Positions 27,309 through 36,411 are shown, counted from the first letter of the stretch. The stretch is DNA of 64,000 nt from Pseudomonadota bacterium (GCA_024229515.1 JAAESI010000275.1:131181-195180); one strand, 5' to 3'. Made by a program: numbers and translations. Notes: generated from the sequence alone by a model not told the origin.

Positions 27309-28727
27309 TCAAATCCGGCGCAGTACGCCCAATCGGACCGCCTCCTCGAGGCAGGCCTCGTAAATGGCGTCGGTGTCCGCGCGCCGGTCCAGCAGCGACG
27401 GCTCGGGCAGCGCGTCGAACGCCGCTTCCAGCTCCGGCTGGCCCGTGAGCCCCTCGGGGATGGCGTCGCGAAGCCCGGTCAGGCACTCGTCCGCGTAGAT
27501 GACCTCGGGGTCGGCGTCGATCACCGGAAGCGTCGCCGGCGCCGCCGGCGTGTTCGTGAGCAAGCGCTCTTCGTCGAGCACATCGAGCAGGTTGTTCGCC
27601 GCGGCATCCCGAGCCGTGAGCGGCTCCAACTCGTGGAGGTACTCCAGCAGCGCCAGGCACGAGGTGTGGTCGTAGACGCTGTGGCTGACCGCCCCCTGCT
27701 TGACCCAGGGACCGGCGATCACCGTCGGCACCCGGAAGCCCAGCTGGTCGTGGCCCGACTCCGGACGATCGTCCTGCGCCAGCGGCGGCGGCACGTGGTC
27801 GAAGAAGCCGCCGTGCTCGTCGTACGTGATCACCAGCAGGCAGCGGTCCCAGTGGGGGCTGTTGGCCAGCGCCTCGTAGACCGACGCGATCAGCACCTGC
27901 CCGGCCATCGGATGGGCCGGCGGGTGATCGTCGTTGCGACCGAAGATCGGGTCGATGTACGTCACCGCGGGGAGCAGCCCCACCTCGGCGTTGTGGAAGA
28001 AGTCCTCCAGCGGGATGTACTCCTCGCGCGCCAGCGTGAGATCCCGCAGCAAGAACCCGAACGGCAGGTTTCCGAAGTAGTTGGCCCACCCCACGCCAGC
28101 CTCGTCGAGCCGCTCGAAGATGTGCGCGAAGTCCTCCTCGGGCTGCTCGTTCCCGAACCCTCCGCCGTTCTGACCCGCCAGGTAGTAGAAGCGGTTCGGC
28201 CACGTCTGGGCCATCAGCGAGCAGTACCACCGGTCGCAGACGACGCCCGCGTCGGCGATCGCGTAGGTCGCAGGCAGGCCGTCCCGCCCCCAGTAGCCCA
28301 TCGCCTGGTGCCCCGAGCTGGGATGACGCTGCTCGTTCTCGCGCACGAAGCCGTCGTTGGCGCCCTCGTTGAACTGGTCGTGGGAGCTCCCCCAGCTGTG
28401 CGGCGGATCGTCGATGCAGGCGCCGTCGGCGGGGTGCACGAGCACCGACTCGCCGGCCAGGTTCGGGTTGCTCATTTCCTCGGTGAGGCCGTCGACGTCG
28501 GTGTTCCCCTCCTCCAGCGACATCGCGCCGAGGAAGTGGTCGAAGGAGCGGTTCTCCATCATCAGGAACACGACCGTGTCGATCCGCTCGCGGAGCAGCT
28601 CGCGGGTCACTTCGGTGGGGAGCTCGTCCTCGCCCCCCGTCGGCTCGCAGCCCGGGAGCAACGGCGTCGCACCCGCGGCCACCAGGCCCTTGAGTGCGGT
28701 CCTACGGTTGATGCGGCGCTTCGTCAT
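27309..28727 (-). CDS. Phosphoesterase/phospholipase C family, Tat-exported lipoprotein
   Basis: Tat signal NRRTALK, LPGC lipobox, MENRSFDH, TWPNR, DDHP, TYDEHGGFFDHV, GFRVP, YDHTS. Confidence 0.92.
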   Translation of the reverse strand: MTKRRINRRTALKGLVAAGATPLLPGCEPTGGEDELPTEVTRELLRERIDTVVFLMMENRSFDHFLGAMSLEEGNTDVDGLTEEMSNPNLAGESVLVHPADGACIDDPPHSWGSSHDQFNEGANDGFVRENEQRHPSSGHQAMGYWGRDGLPATYAIADAGVVCDRWYCSLMAQTWPNRFYYLAGQNGGGFGNEQPEEDFAHIFERLDEAGVGWANYFGNLPFGFLLRDLTLAREEYIPLEDFFHNAEVGLLPAVTYIDPIFGRNDDHPPAHPMAGQVLIASVYEALANSPHWDRCLLVITYDEHGGFFDHVPPPLAQDDRPESGHDQLGFRVPTVIAGPWVKQGAVSHSVYDHTSCLALLEYLHELEPLTARDAAANNLLDVLDEERLLTNTPAAPATLPVIDADPEVIYADECLTGLRDAIPEGLTGQPELEAAFDALPEPSLLDRRADTDAIYEACLEEAVRLGVLRRI

Positions 28728-28739
28728 GCAAGCCTCGAA

Positions 28740-29531
28740 CTAGAAGACGATGGTCAGTGACGCGGACACCCCGCCGCCACCGTCGCGGGACACTACCGGC
28801 GCCACGCTGCCCGAGACCCGGGCATAGAGGCGGTGCGGCGTCTGCGTCTCCGCGGTGTACTCGAGGTGGCCGATCAGGCCGAACAGCGCCAGCGCGCCGC
28901 CCGCGGCCGCGAACGACAGCGTCGTGAACATGTCCGAGTAGCTGTAGACGCCGCCCGGGTCGCCGTTGACGCCCAGGTTGTCTCGCGCCGCCCACACCAC
29001 GCCCGAGAGCACGGCGATCGCACCGACGAAGGCCGACCCGATCAGGCCCGTGTCACGCCGCAGCTGGAACAGGTTCGTCCGCCACGCGCGCATCATACGC
29101 AGCCTCCCCAGCCGGGTCGTCGGCGCGTGGTCGAGGTAGTGGTGCAGGTAGTGGTTCGAGCCCATCATCGCGGGCACGCCGGTCACCAGGACCGCCAACC
29201 CCGCGGGAACGCCCGCTCCGGCGATGAACGGCGCCTGCGTGCCCCCCTCGCTCGAGAGCAGGTTGACCGCCCCGGACAGCAGCGTGATGCCCATGATGAC
29301 GCCGCCGGCGGCGATGAGGATACCGCCCTCGCGACGCACCGAAAGCGCGTACCGGACCGCCGTGTCCTCGCGGTCCATGTCCCGGACGGCGTCGCGGAAC
29401 TCCTTGCCCATCATCTTGTCGAGCGCTTCTTTCGGCGTCGGCTCGGGCGCGGGCGCGGGCTCTTCAGCGGCCGCGGGGAGCGCCAGGAGCGTGCAGAGGA
29501 TGAGGGCGAGGAGCGCAGTCGGTCGTTTCAT
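28740..29531 (-). CDS. Hypothetical secreted/membrane protein
   Basis: Signal peptide MKRPTALLAL..AAA, Gly-rich hydrophobic hairpins, terminal beta-strand ending in Phe. Confidence 0.65.
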   Translation of the reverse strand: MKRPTALLALILCTLLALPAAAEEPAPAPEPTPKEALDKMMGKEFRDAVRDMDREDTAVRYALSVRREGGILIAAGGVIMGITLLSGAVNLLSSEGGTQAPFIAGAGVPAGLAVLVTGVPAMMGSNHYLHHYLDHAPTTRLGRLRMMRAWRTNLFQLRRDTGLIGSAFVGAIAVLSGVVWAARDNLGVNGDPGGVYSYSDMFTTLSFAAAGGALALFGLIGHLEYTAETQTPHRLYARVSGSVAPVVSRDGGGGVSASLTIVF

Positions 29532-29610
29532 GGCGCCGTGGTCATAGCACGCGGCTTGCTGAACGCGGGGGCCGCCCTTATGCTCCCGCGGCCCAATCAA
29601 CGGAGTGTCC

Positions 29611-29904
29611 ATGCTCAGGCATGCCCAGTACGAAATCGTGAACAGTGTCGCTGGTGTTACCCACACCTGTGATCGCGTGTTCCGTCGCGGATCCACCTTC
29701 AAGTGGCAGAGCTACCACGTGGATCCGGGCATCGGCGCCCCGTACGTCTGGATGCTCGCCCGCTGCCACGGCTGCCAGCGCCTCTTCATCCAGCCCCCGC
29801 GTTACCCCAACGAGGAGTTCCGCGAGACGCTGCGCGAGGCGATCAACAAGTCCATCGCGAACAAGTTCATCTCGTTCAAGTGGCCCGAAGAGGCCGAAGC
29901 GTAG
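29611..29904 (+). CDS. Small hypothetical protein, possible Zn-binding (HxC...CxxC)
   Basis: GGAG SD before ATG 29611; HTC and CHGC motifs. Confidence 0.65.
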   Translation: MLRHAQYEIVNSVAGVTHTCDRVFRRGSTFKWQSYHVDPGIGAPYVWMLARCHGCQRLFIQPPRYPNEEFRETLREAINKSIANKFISFKWPEEAEA

Positions 29905-29937
29905 AGACCTTTCCGGTCGGCACGGTCGTTGCCTACG

Positions 29938-30660
29938 ATGACCTTCGTGCCCCGCGTGCTCGCCCTAGCGCTCCTGAGCGCCCTGCTGCTTCCCACCCCC
30001 GCCCTCGCCGGCAAGCCCGATGACGTCTCGGACGTCGTGGAGTTCGATCCGCAGCAGTGGCGAACGGTGGCGGAGGGCCTGCCTGCCTTCCAGGAGTACC
30101 GACAGCGCCGGCTCGTGCTCACGATCCGCAACGGCGAGTTCATCGGCCCCGGGCACCTGGGCTACCGGCGCAGCTCCTTCCGCGAGGACAACGCTTCGTT
30201 CTTCTACATCGTGGTCGAGGGGGACGCGGACTACCGCCTCACCTACTCCGACCTCATCCGGCTCAGCGGAGACCCCGTCGTCGTCAACCGGTACGAGCGC
30301 TTCATCGCCGCCGCCCGGAAGGACCAGACCTCCGGCGCGGCCCTGTTCGGCGTGGGCGTCGGCTTCGCCCTCGCGTCCGTGATCGTGAGCTCCATCGCGT
30401 TCGAGGAGTGGAACAACACGTGGTCGCCGGCGGTGCTGCCCCCGCTGTACGGCGGCACCATCACGTTCATGCTCGTGGGCGGCGGGCTGGCCGCCCAGGG
30501 CAAGCACACGCAGCAGCAGTTGGCCGAGGACTATCGGCTGGAGCGCATCCTCGATCGGGACGAAGCGTGGGCCGCGATCCAGCGCCACAACGCAGCCCTC
30601 CGACGGGAGCTCGGCCTCCCCGATGACGAGCGCATGGACGCCCCCACCGCTCAGCGCTGA
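29938..30660 (+). CDS. Hypothetical exported membrane protein
   Basis: Signal peptide (PALA) and two C-terminal hydrophobic helices. Confidence 0.65.
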   Translation: MTFVPRVLALALLSALLLPTPALAGKPDDVSDVVEFDPQQWRTVAEGLPAFQEYRQRRLVLTIRNGEFIGPGHLGYRRSSFREDNASFFYIVVEGDADYRLTYSDLIRLSGDPVVVNRYERFIAAARKDQTSGAALFGVGVGFALASVIVSSIAFEEWNNTWSPAVLPPLYGGTITFMLVGGGLAAQGKHTQQQLAEDYRLERILDRDEAWAAIQRHNAALRRELGLPDDERMDAPTAQR

Positions 30661-31175
30661 AGCAGCTCCTCCATCGCGCCTTCCCAGGCCTCGATGGACT
30701 GCCACCCGGCCCACTCCCGGAACACCTTGCCGTCCCGGTCCAGGACGATGCCGTAGGGGATGACCTCGGGGTACGTGCCCCCCAGACCCGCAACCGCCGC
30801 GAGCAGCTTGGGCTGGGGCGCGGCGGGCACGATGTAGGGGGTGAAGGTCGCGCCGGTGAGGCCGAGCATGTCCTCCAGCGCACCGATGTCCGTGTCGACC
30901 GAGACGATGACGAACTTGATGTCGTCGCCTTCCCACTGCTTCACCGTGCGGTTGAGCCCGGGGAGCGACGACTGGCACGCGGGGCATCAGCTGGCCCACA
31001 GGTACAGGACGGTGATCTTGCCCGCGGCGGTGCCCGCTTCGACCTGCTGAACGACGTGGTTGAGCGCCACGGGCTGCACCGGGGCGGAGCGGTGCAGGGA
31101 GCCTCGCGGGATCAGCGTGATGAGGCCCAGGACGCCGACGAGGCCGCCCAGCACCAACACCAGCGCTTTGCGCAT
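30651..31175 (-). CDS. TlpA/ResA-like membrane-anchored thioredoxin with an in-frame TGA at codon 63 (recoded, nonsense allele or sequencing error)
   Basis: One continuous frame: N-terminal TM, KITVLYLWAS-[TGA 30987-30989]-CPACQSSLPGL...FVIVSVD...IPYGIVLDRDGKV; both halves match the TlpA fold. Confidence 0.85.
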
Positions 31176-31182
31176 CAGCCGC

Positions 31183-34100
31183 CTACGGGTCGCAGTCGAG
31201 GAAGATCGTGTACTCGCCCTCGTTGGCGTTCGCCTCCGTCGCCGTTGCATCGACCACGAAGTAGTACGTGTAGCCGGAGACCACCTCGACGGTGCCGCTG
31301 TTGAAAATCAGGGCGCCTTCGACGCACTGGTTGTTCACGCACTCGCCGTTGGTGCCGTCCAACACGACGATGTCGTGGTTCAGGTCCGCGGGGCTGGCGT
31401 CCACGAAGCCGACCTCGATCGACCCGGTGACCGTGGAGACCCACTCGTAGGCGACTTCCGGCGCGTGGTAGTTGCCCACGTTGCAGGGGTAGCCGTCCAT
31501 CGAGTCGGTCTGGCCGGGGCTCGGGCTGTCGTCGGTCCAGCTGTTGTCTCCGTCGAGGAAGTCGCCGCAGCTGATCTGGATGGCGCCGTCGGTGTCGCAG
31601 TAGGCGGCGCAACCGGGCGCGCCATTGCAGTCGTCGTCGTCGCAGTCGATGAGCTCGTCGTTGTCGTCGTCGACGCCGTTGCCGCAGTCCTCGGCGTCCT
31701 CGACCGGCTCGCAGTCGACGGCGATCTCGAAGTCGCCCTCGTCGCCCTGGTAGCCGTCCACGACGATCCAGTAGTCACCGCCCGGCTCGGTCTCGAACTC
31801 GGCCGACAGAGCGCCGAACTCGATGCAGCTCTCGCTGCTGCAGGGGATGCCCTGGTCGTCCAGGATGAAGACGTCGAGGTCGATGCCGCTGGCGTAGCTC
31901 AAGTCCACGGACACGTTGTTGGCCTGGTCCAGCGGAGCCTGGAAGTAGTAGGCGAACTCCGGCCCGGACTCGACCCAGCTGGTGCAGCTGTAGCTGTCGA
32001 CCTGGTCGGTGCTGTTGGGGCCACCGTTGTTGTAGCTGTCGACGCTGCCGCAGAAGAGCGACCAGGCCTCGGCGCAGATCTCGGTGCAGACGACCTTGTC
32101 CTCGCAGGCGGGGTCGTCGCAGTCGGTCAGGCCGTTGCCGTCGTCGTCGACCTCGTTGCCGCAGACCTCAGCCGTGCTCGGGCACTCGACCTCGATGTCG
32201 AAGCTGCCCTGCGCGCCCTCGTAGCCGTCGATGACGAAGTAGTACTGCTCGCCTCCGACCGCGTCGAAGTTGATGCAGCTGTTGCCGAAGTCGGAGCAGT
32301 TGTTCCCGTTGCAGCCGCCGTTCTCGTCGATGAGGAACATGTCCAGATCGGAGCTCAGGTTGCTGATGCAGACCGTGATGGACTCGTCGACCTCCGGCCG
32401 GAACACGTACGTGTACTCGGGTCCGGTCTCTTCCCAACCGACGCAGCTGTACTGGTCGATGTTGTTGGTGCTGCCGCCGCCCCAGTTGGTCCAGGCGTCG
32501 GTGTCGCCGCAGGACAGCTCCCAGGCGTCCTCGCAGACGCCGCCGACGCCGATGACGTCGCAGTCCTCGTCGCCTTCGCAGTCCACGTCGTCGCAGTCCG
32601 CGGCGCCGTCGCCGTCGTCGTCCACGAAGTTGTCGCAGACCTCGCCGCAGATCGGGTCGTCGCCGGAGCACTCCTGATCGTCGCAGTCCACGTCGCCGTC
32701 GCCGTCGTCGTCGATGTTGTTGTTGCAGTCCTCGACGAGGCAGGCGGAGTCGCTGATGCAGTCCGCGTCGGCGCAGTCCACGTCGCCGTCCCAGTCGTTG
32801 TCGATGGCGTCGTCGCAGTCCTCGATGCCGCAGAAGGAGGCGCAGTCCTCGTCGTCGCAGTCGACGTCACCGTCGCCGTCGTCGTCGGTGTTGTTGGTGC
32901 AGTCCTCCGCGCACGAGGGCAAGGAGGCGCAGTCGGTGTCGTTGCAGTCCACGGCGCCATCGCTGTCGTTGTCGAGGTCGTCGTCGCAGATCTCCGAGGC
33001 CGAGGTGCAGGCGGGGGTGCCGGTGCACTCGCTGTCGGCGCAGTCGATCTGGCCGTCATCGTCGTTGTCGATGTCGTCGTTGCAGATCTCGTCGATGCAG
33101 TCGGTGAACAGGTAGCAGCCGGTGTCGTCGCAGTCGGTGTCGAGGTCGCCGTCGTTGTCGATGCCGTCGTCGCAGATCTCGTCGTCGCATGACGGCCAGC
33201 CGAGGCAGTCGTCGTCGTCGCAGTCCAGGTCGCCGTCCAGGTCGTTGTCGATGCCGTCCCAGCACAGCTCCTCCTGGCAGTCGATCGAGTCGACGCACTC
33301 GGCGTCGTCGCAATCGGCGGCGAGGTCGCCGTCGTCGTCGGTGCCGTTCCAGCAGATCTCCGCGATGCAGTTACTGTCCGCGGTGCAGGTCGGGTCGGCG
33401 CAGTCGATGAGGCCGTCGCCGTTGTCGTCGATGTCGTTGGAGCAGTCCTCCTGCGAGTCGGCGCAGACGGGGTTGCCGACGCACTCCAGGTCGGCGCAGT
33501 CGGTCTGGCCGTCGGCGTCGTCGTCGAGGCCGTTGGAGCAGTTCTCCGGCATGCAGGTGGGGGCCACCGAGCACTCCACGTCGGCGCAGTCGATCTGGGC
33601 GTCGCCGTCGTCGTCGACGCCGTTGCTGCAGTCCTCGGGCGTGCACGCGGGGGTTCCGTCGCACTCGTCGTCGGCGCAGTCGATGAAGCCGTCGCCGTCG
33701 TCGTCGATCGTGTTTGTGCAGCCCTCGGGGATGCAGTCGCTGTCGGAGCTGCAGTCCGTGTCGCCGCAGTCCACCGCACCGTCGCCGTCGTTGTCGCTGC
33801 CGTCGGCGCAGTCCTCGCTGAGGATCCAGCAGAAGATGTCGAACAGGCAGGCGATGTCGTCGCAGTCGATGTCGCCGTTGGCGTTGTCGTCGAGGTTGTT
33901 GGCGCAGTCCTCGCCGCCGCTGCCGCCGCAGTCGGTGGACTCGGCGCAGTTGGCGTCCTCGCAGTCGATGGCGCCGTCGCCGTCGTTGTCGATGCCGTCG
34001 TTGCAAATCTCCGGCTCGGGGGCGCCGCACGCGGGGGTGTCGATGCACTGCGGGTCGTTGCAGTCGATCAGGCCGTTGCCGTTGTCGTCGATGCTGTTGG

Positions 34101-36270
34101 TGCAGATCTCGAAGCCCTCACCGCCGCAGGCCGGGTCGGGGCCGCAGTCGCCGATGTCGGCGCAGTCGATGAGCGCGTCGCCGTCGTCGTCCACGCCGTT
34201 GGTGCAATCGGTCTCGCTGCCGCCGGGGCCGCCGGGGTTGCAGGCGGGGTGGCCCGTGCAGTCGCTGTCGAAGCAGTCGACGTCGCCGTCGCCGTCGTTG
34301 TCGATGTTGTCGATGCAGTCCTCACCCGAGCAGGCCGGGAGGATGCTGCACTCGGTGTCGGAGCAGTCGATGAGGCCGTCGTCGTCGTCGTCGATGCCGT
34401 TGTCGCAGATCTCGCCGACGCAGGCGGCGTCCACCGCGCAGTCGGAGTCGGCGCAGTCGACCTGGCCGTCACCGTCGTTGTCGACGCCGTCGGTGCAGAC
34501 CTCGGGCACGCAGCCGGGGGTGCCGGCGCAGTCGCTGTCGTCGCAGTCGGTGGCGCCGTCGCCGTCGTTGTCGATGCCGTCGGTGCAGTCCTCCGGCGCG
34601 CCGCCGAGGTTGCACTCGATGTCGAGGTCGAAGGAGCCGACGTTGTTGTTCCAGCCGTCGACGACGACGTAGTAGGTCGTGCCGCCGACCACGGTCATGG
34701 TCACCGACTCGGGGTTGGTGCCGCCGGAGGTGGAGCTGTCGAGGCAGCCGTCGGGGCTGCAGCCGCCCGCGTCCTGGAGGCCGAAGAGGTCCAGGTCGGC
34801 GTCGAGGCCGTTGAGCGTGAACGTCACCTCACCGGAGCCGGTGGGGGTGAAGCTCCAGGCCAGCTCGTTGCCGTTCTCGTTGGACGGGGTGCACGAGTAG
34901 GTGCTGATGACGTCCGCCGCGCCGGGGTCGGTGTCGGTGTTGCCCGAGATGGTCCCGGAGTCGCAGGTGATGGTGCCGACGGGGTTGCAGGTCTGCACGC
35001 AGAAGGCGCTGGTGGCGCACTCGCTGTCGTCGCAGTCGATGGCGCCGTCGCCGTCGTCGTCGGTGCCGTTGCCGCAGTTCTCGACGTTGCAGTTGGGGTG
35101 GCTGAAGCACTCGGGGTCGGCGCAGTCGACGGCCGCGTCGCCGTCGTCGTCGATCAGGTTGTCGCAGATCTCGACGTCGCAGCCGGGGAGCACGAAGCAC
35201 TCGTCGTCGTCACAGTCGATGAGGCCGTCGCCGTCGTCGTCCAGGCCGTTGAAGCAGTCGTCCTCGGGGATGCAGTCGCTGTCGCCGAAGCAGTCGCTGT
35301 CGTCGCAGTCGGTGAGGCCGTCACCGTCGTTGTCGATGCCGTCGCGGCACTCTTCGTTGTTGCAGGTCGGGTAGCCGAAGCACTCGGAGTCATCGCAGTC
35401 GACGAGGCCGTTGCCGTTGTCGTCGATGCCGTTCTCGCAGTCCTCGCCGTCGCAGGAGGGCTCGCCCCAGCACTCGGTGTCGTCACAGTCGACGTAGCCG
35501 TCGCCGTCGTCGTCGAGGTTGTTGTCGCACTCCTCGTCGAGGCAGTACGGGTCGAGGGAGCAGTCGAGGTCGTCGCAGTCGATGTCGCCGTCGCCGTCGT
35601 CGTCGATGCCGTTGAAGCAGTTCTCGCCGTCGCCGCCGCCAGAGGGGCAGAGGAGCTCGAGGCTGAAGTTGTCCTGGCCGCCGGCGTAGCCGTCGACGAC
35701 GACGAGGTAGTCCTCGCCCGCGGACGCGGTGAAGTGCACGGTGGAGGCGCCGTAGGCGATGCAGTCGGTGCCTTCGCAGGTGCCGTCGTCCTCGAGTACG
35801 AAGACGTCGAGGTTGCCGTGACCGGCGACCGTCAGGACCGCGGTGACCTCCTCCGTCGTGGTCGGGCTGAAGCTGAAGGTGTACTCGGGACCGGACTCGT
35901 CCCACGTCGTGCAGGAGTCGTACGTGTCGACCGCGTCGGTGTGGCCCGCGCCGCCGTTGTTGGAGCTGAGGATGTCGCCGCAGGAGATCGACTCAGCCGC
36001 GGTGCACTCGTGCGCGCAGTTCGGGTTGAGCTCGCAGTCCTCGTCACCGCAGTCGGTGAGGCCGTCGCCGTCGTCGTCGATCCCGTTGGAGCAGTCCTCG
36101 TTGTCGTAGGTCTGCGTCGGGTTGTCGTCGTCGTCGTCGGGCAGGTTCAGGGAATCATCGTCATCAAGAACGGTGTTGTCCGTGATGCCGCAGTTGCAAC
36201 CTGCCAGGAGCAGGGGCAGCAGCAGCAGCAGGAACATCTTGGTACAGCCAGAAATCGAGGCAGCGCGCAT
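31183..36270 (-). CDS. Giant (~1695 aa) Cys/Asp-repeat surface lipoprotein with five PPC-like beta-sandwich domains
   Basis: Lipobox LAGC; 32 repeats E.C.(N/D)G.D(D/N)DGDG..DC.D..C....C; five domains with GPE...F...LD(V/L)F...Y..VVDG motifs; GGAG SD 6 nt before ATG 36270. Confidence 0.9.
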   Translation of the reverse strand: MRAASISGCTKMFLLLLLPLLLAGCNCGITDNTVLDDDDSLNLPDDDDDNPTQTYDNEDCSNGIDDDGDGLTDCGDEDCELNPNCAHECTAAESISCGDILSSNNGGAGHTDAVDTYDSCTTWDESGPEYTFSFSPTTTEEVTAVLTVAGHGNLDVFVLEDDGTCEGTDCIAYGASTVHFTASAGEDYLVVVDGYAGGQDNFSLELLCPSGGGDGENCFNGIDDDGDGDIDCDDLDCSLDPYCLDEECDNNLDDDGDGYVDCDDTECWGEPSCDGEDCENGIDDNGNGLVDCDDSECFGYPTCNNEECRDGIDNDGDGLTDCDDSDCFGDSDCIPEDDCFNGLDDDGDGLIDCDDDECFVLPGCDVEICDNLIDDDGDAAVDCADPECFSHPNCNVENCGNGTDDDGDGAIDCDDSECATSAFCVQTCNPVGTITCDSGTISGNTDTDPGAADVISTYSCTPSNENGNELAWSFTPTGSGEVTFTLNGLDADLDLFGLQDAGGCSPDGCLDSSTSGGTNPESVTMTVVGGTTYYVVVDGWNNNVGSFDLDIECNLGGAPEDCTDGIDNDGDGATDCDDSDCAGTPGCVPEVCTDGVDNDGDGQVDCADSDCAVDAACVGEICDNGIDDDDDGLIDCSDTECSILPACSGEDCIDNIDNDGDGDVDCFDSDCTGHPACNPGGPGGSETDCTNGVDDDGDALIDCADIGDCGPDPACGGEGFEICTNSIDDNGNGLIDCNDPQCIDTPACGAPEPEICNDGIDNDGDGAIDCEDANCAESTDCGGSGGEDCANNLDDNANGDIDCDDIACLFDIFCWILSEDCADGSDNDGDGAVDCGDTDCSSDSDCIPEGCTNTIDDDGDGFIDCADDECDGTPACTPEDCSNGVDDDGDAQIDCADVECSVAPTCMPENCSNGLDDDADGQTDCADLECVGNPVCADSQEDCSNDIDDNGDGLIDCADPTCTADSNCIAEICWNGTDDDGDLAADCDDAECVDSIDCQEELCWDGIDNDLDGDLDCDDDDCLGWPSCDDEICDDGIDNDGDLDTDCDDTGCYLFTDCIDEICNDDIDNDDDGQIDCADSECTGTPACTSASEICDDDLDNDSDGAVDCNDTDCASLPSCAEDCTNNTDDDGDGDVDCDDEDCASFCGIEDCDDAIDNDWDGDVDCADADCISDSACLVEDCNNNIDDDGDGDVDCDDQECSGDDPICGEVCDNFVDDDGDGAADCDDVDCEGDEDCDVIGVGGVCEDAWELSCGDTDAWTNWGGGSTNNIDQYSCVGWEETGPEYTYVFRPEVDESITVCISNLSSDLDMFLIDENGGCNGNNCSDFGNSCINFDAVGGEQYYFVIDGYEGAQGSFDIEVECPSTAEVCGNEVDDDGNGLTDCDDPACEDKVVCTEICAEAWSLFCGSVDSYNNGGPNSTDQVDSYSCTSWVESGPEFAYYFQAPLDQANNVSVDLSYASGIDLDVFILDDQGIPCSSESCIEFGALSAEFETEPGGDYWIVVDGYQGDEGDFEIAVDCEPVEDAEDCGNGVDDDNDELIDCDDDDCNGAPGCAAYCDTDGAIQISCGDFLDGDNSWTDDSPSPGQTDSMDGYPCNVGNYHAPEVAYEWVSTVTGSIEVGFVDASPADLNHDIVVLDGTNGECVNNQCVEGALIFNSGTVEVVSGYTYYFVVDATATEANANEGEYTIFLDCDP
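32560..34593 (-). repeat. Block of 22 tandem ~30-aa four-Cys/Asp coding repeats
   Basis: Counted in the translation. Confidence 0.85.
34999..35625 (-). repeat. Block of 7 tandem ~30-aa four-Cys/Asp coding repeats
   Basis: Counted in the translation. Confidence 0.85.
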
Positions 36271-36313
36271 GTTCATCTCCGAACCAGTTCCCTCAGAGAG
36301 AGGGACAACAGAC

Positions 36314-36341
36314 CGTGTCAAGAACGTGTCAAGAGGTCAAG
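36314..36341. promoter_or_regulatory. Direct repeat CGTGTCAAGA x2 (11-bp period) plus a third GTCAAG; candidate regulator binding site
   Basis: Exact 10-mers at 36314-36323 and 36325-36334 in the divergent intergenic region. Confidence 0.55.
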
Positions 36342-36411
36342 TGCAGCGGCGTTCCATCACAACGATTCCACAGGTCGGCCACATAAGTATGATGCCCGCG
36401 CGCGTCGCGGC

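Noticed and set aside
30987..30989. Genome-wide reassignment of TGA to Trp or Gly
   Set aside because: TGA clearly ends many genes here (sigma, nadD, ftsE, ftsX, kinase, pepA-like) at expected lengths, and TGG encodes Trp throughout.
15000..36130. Abundant GTC/GAC and 90-132 bp periodic repeats as a possible CRISPR array or satellite
   Set aside because: All are in-frame coding repeats (Asp/Cys) with divergent synonymous sites; no identical repeats with unique spacers and no cas genes.
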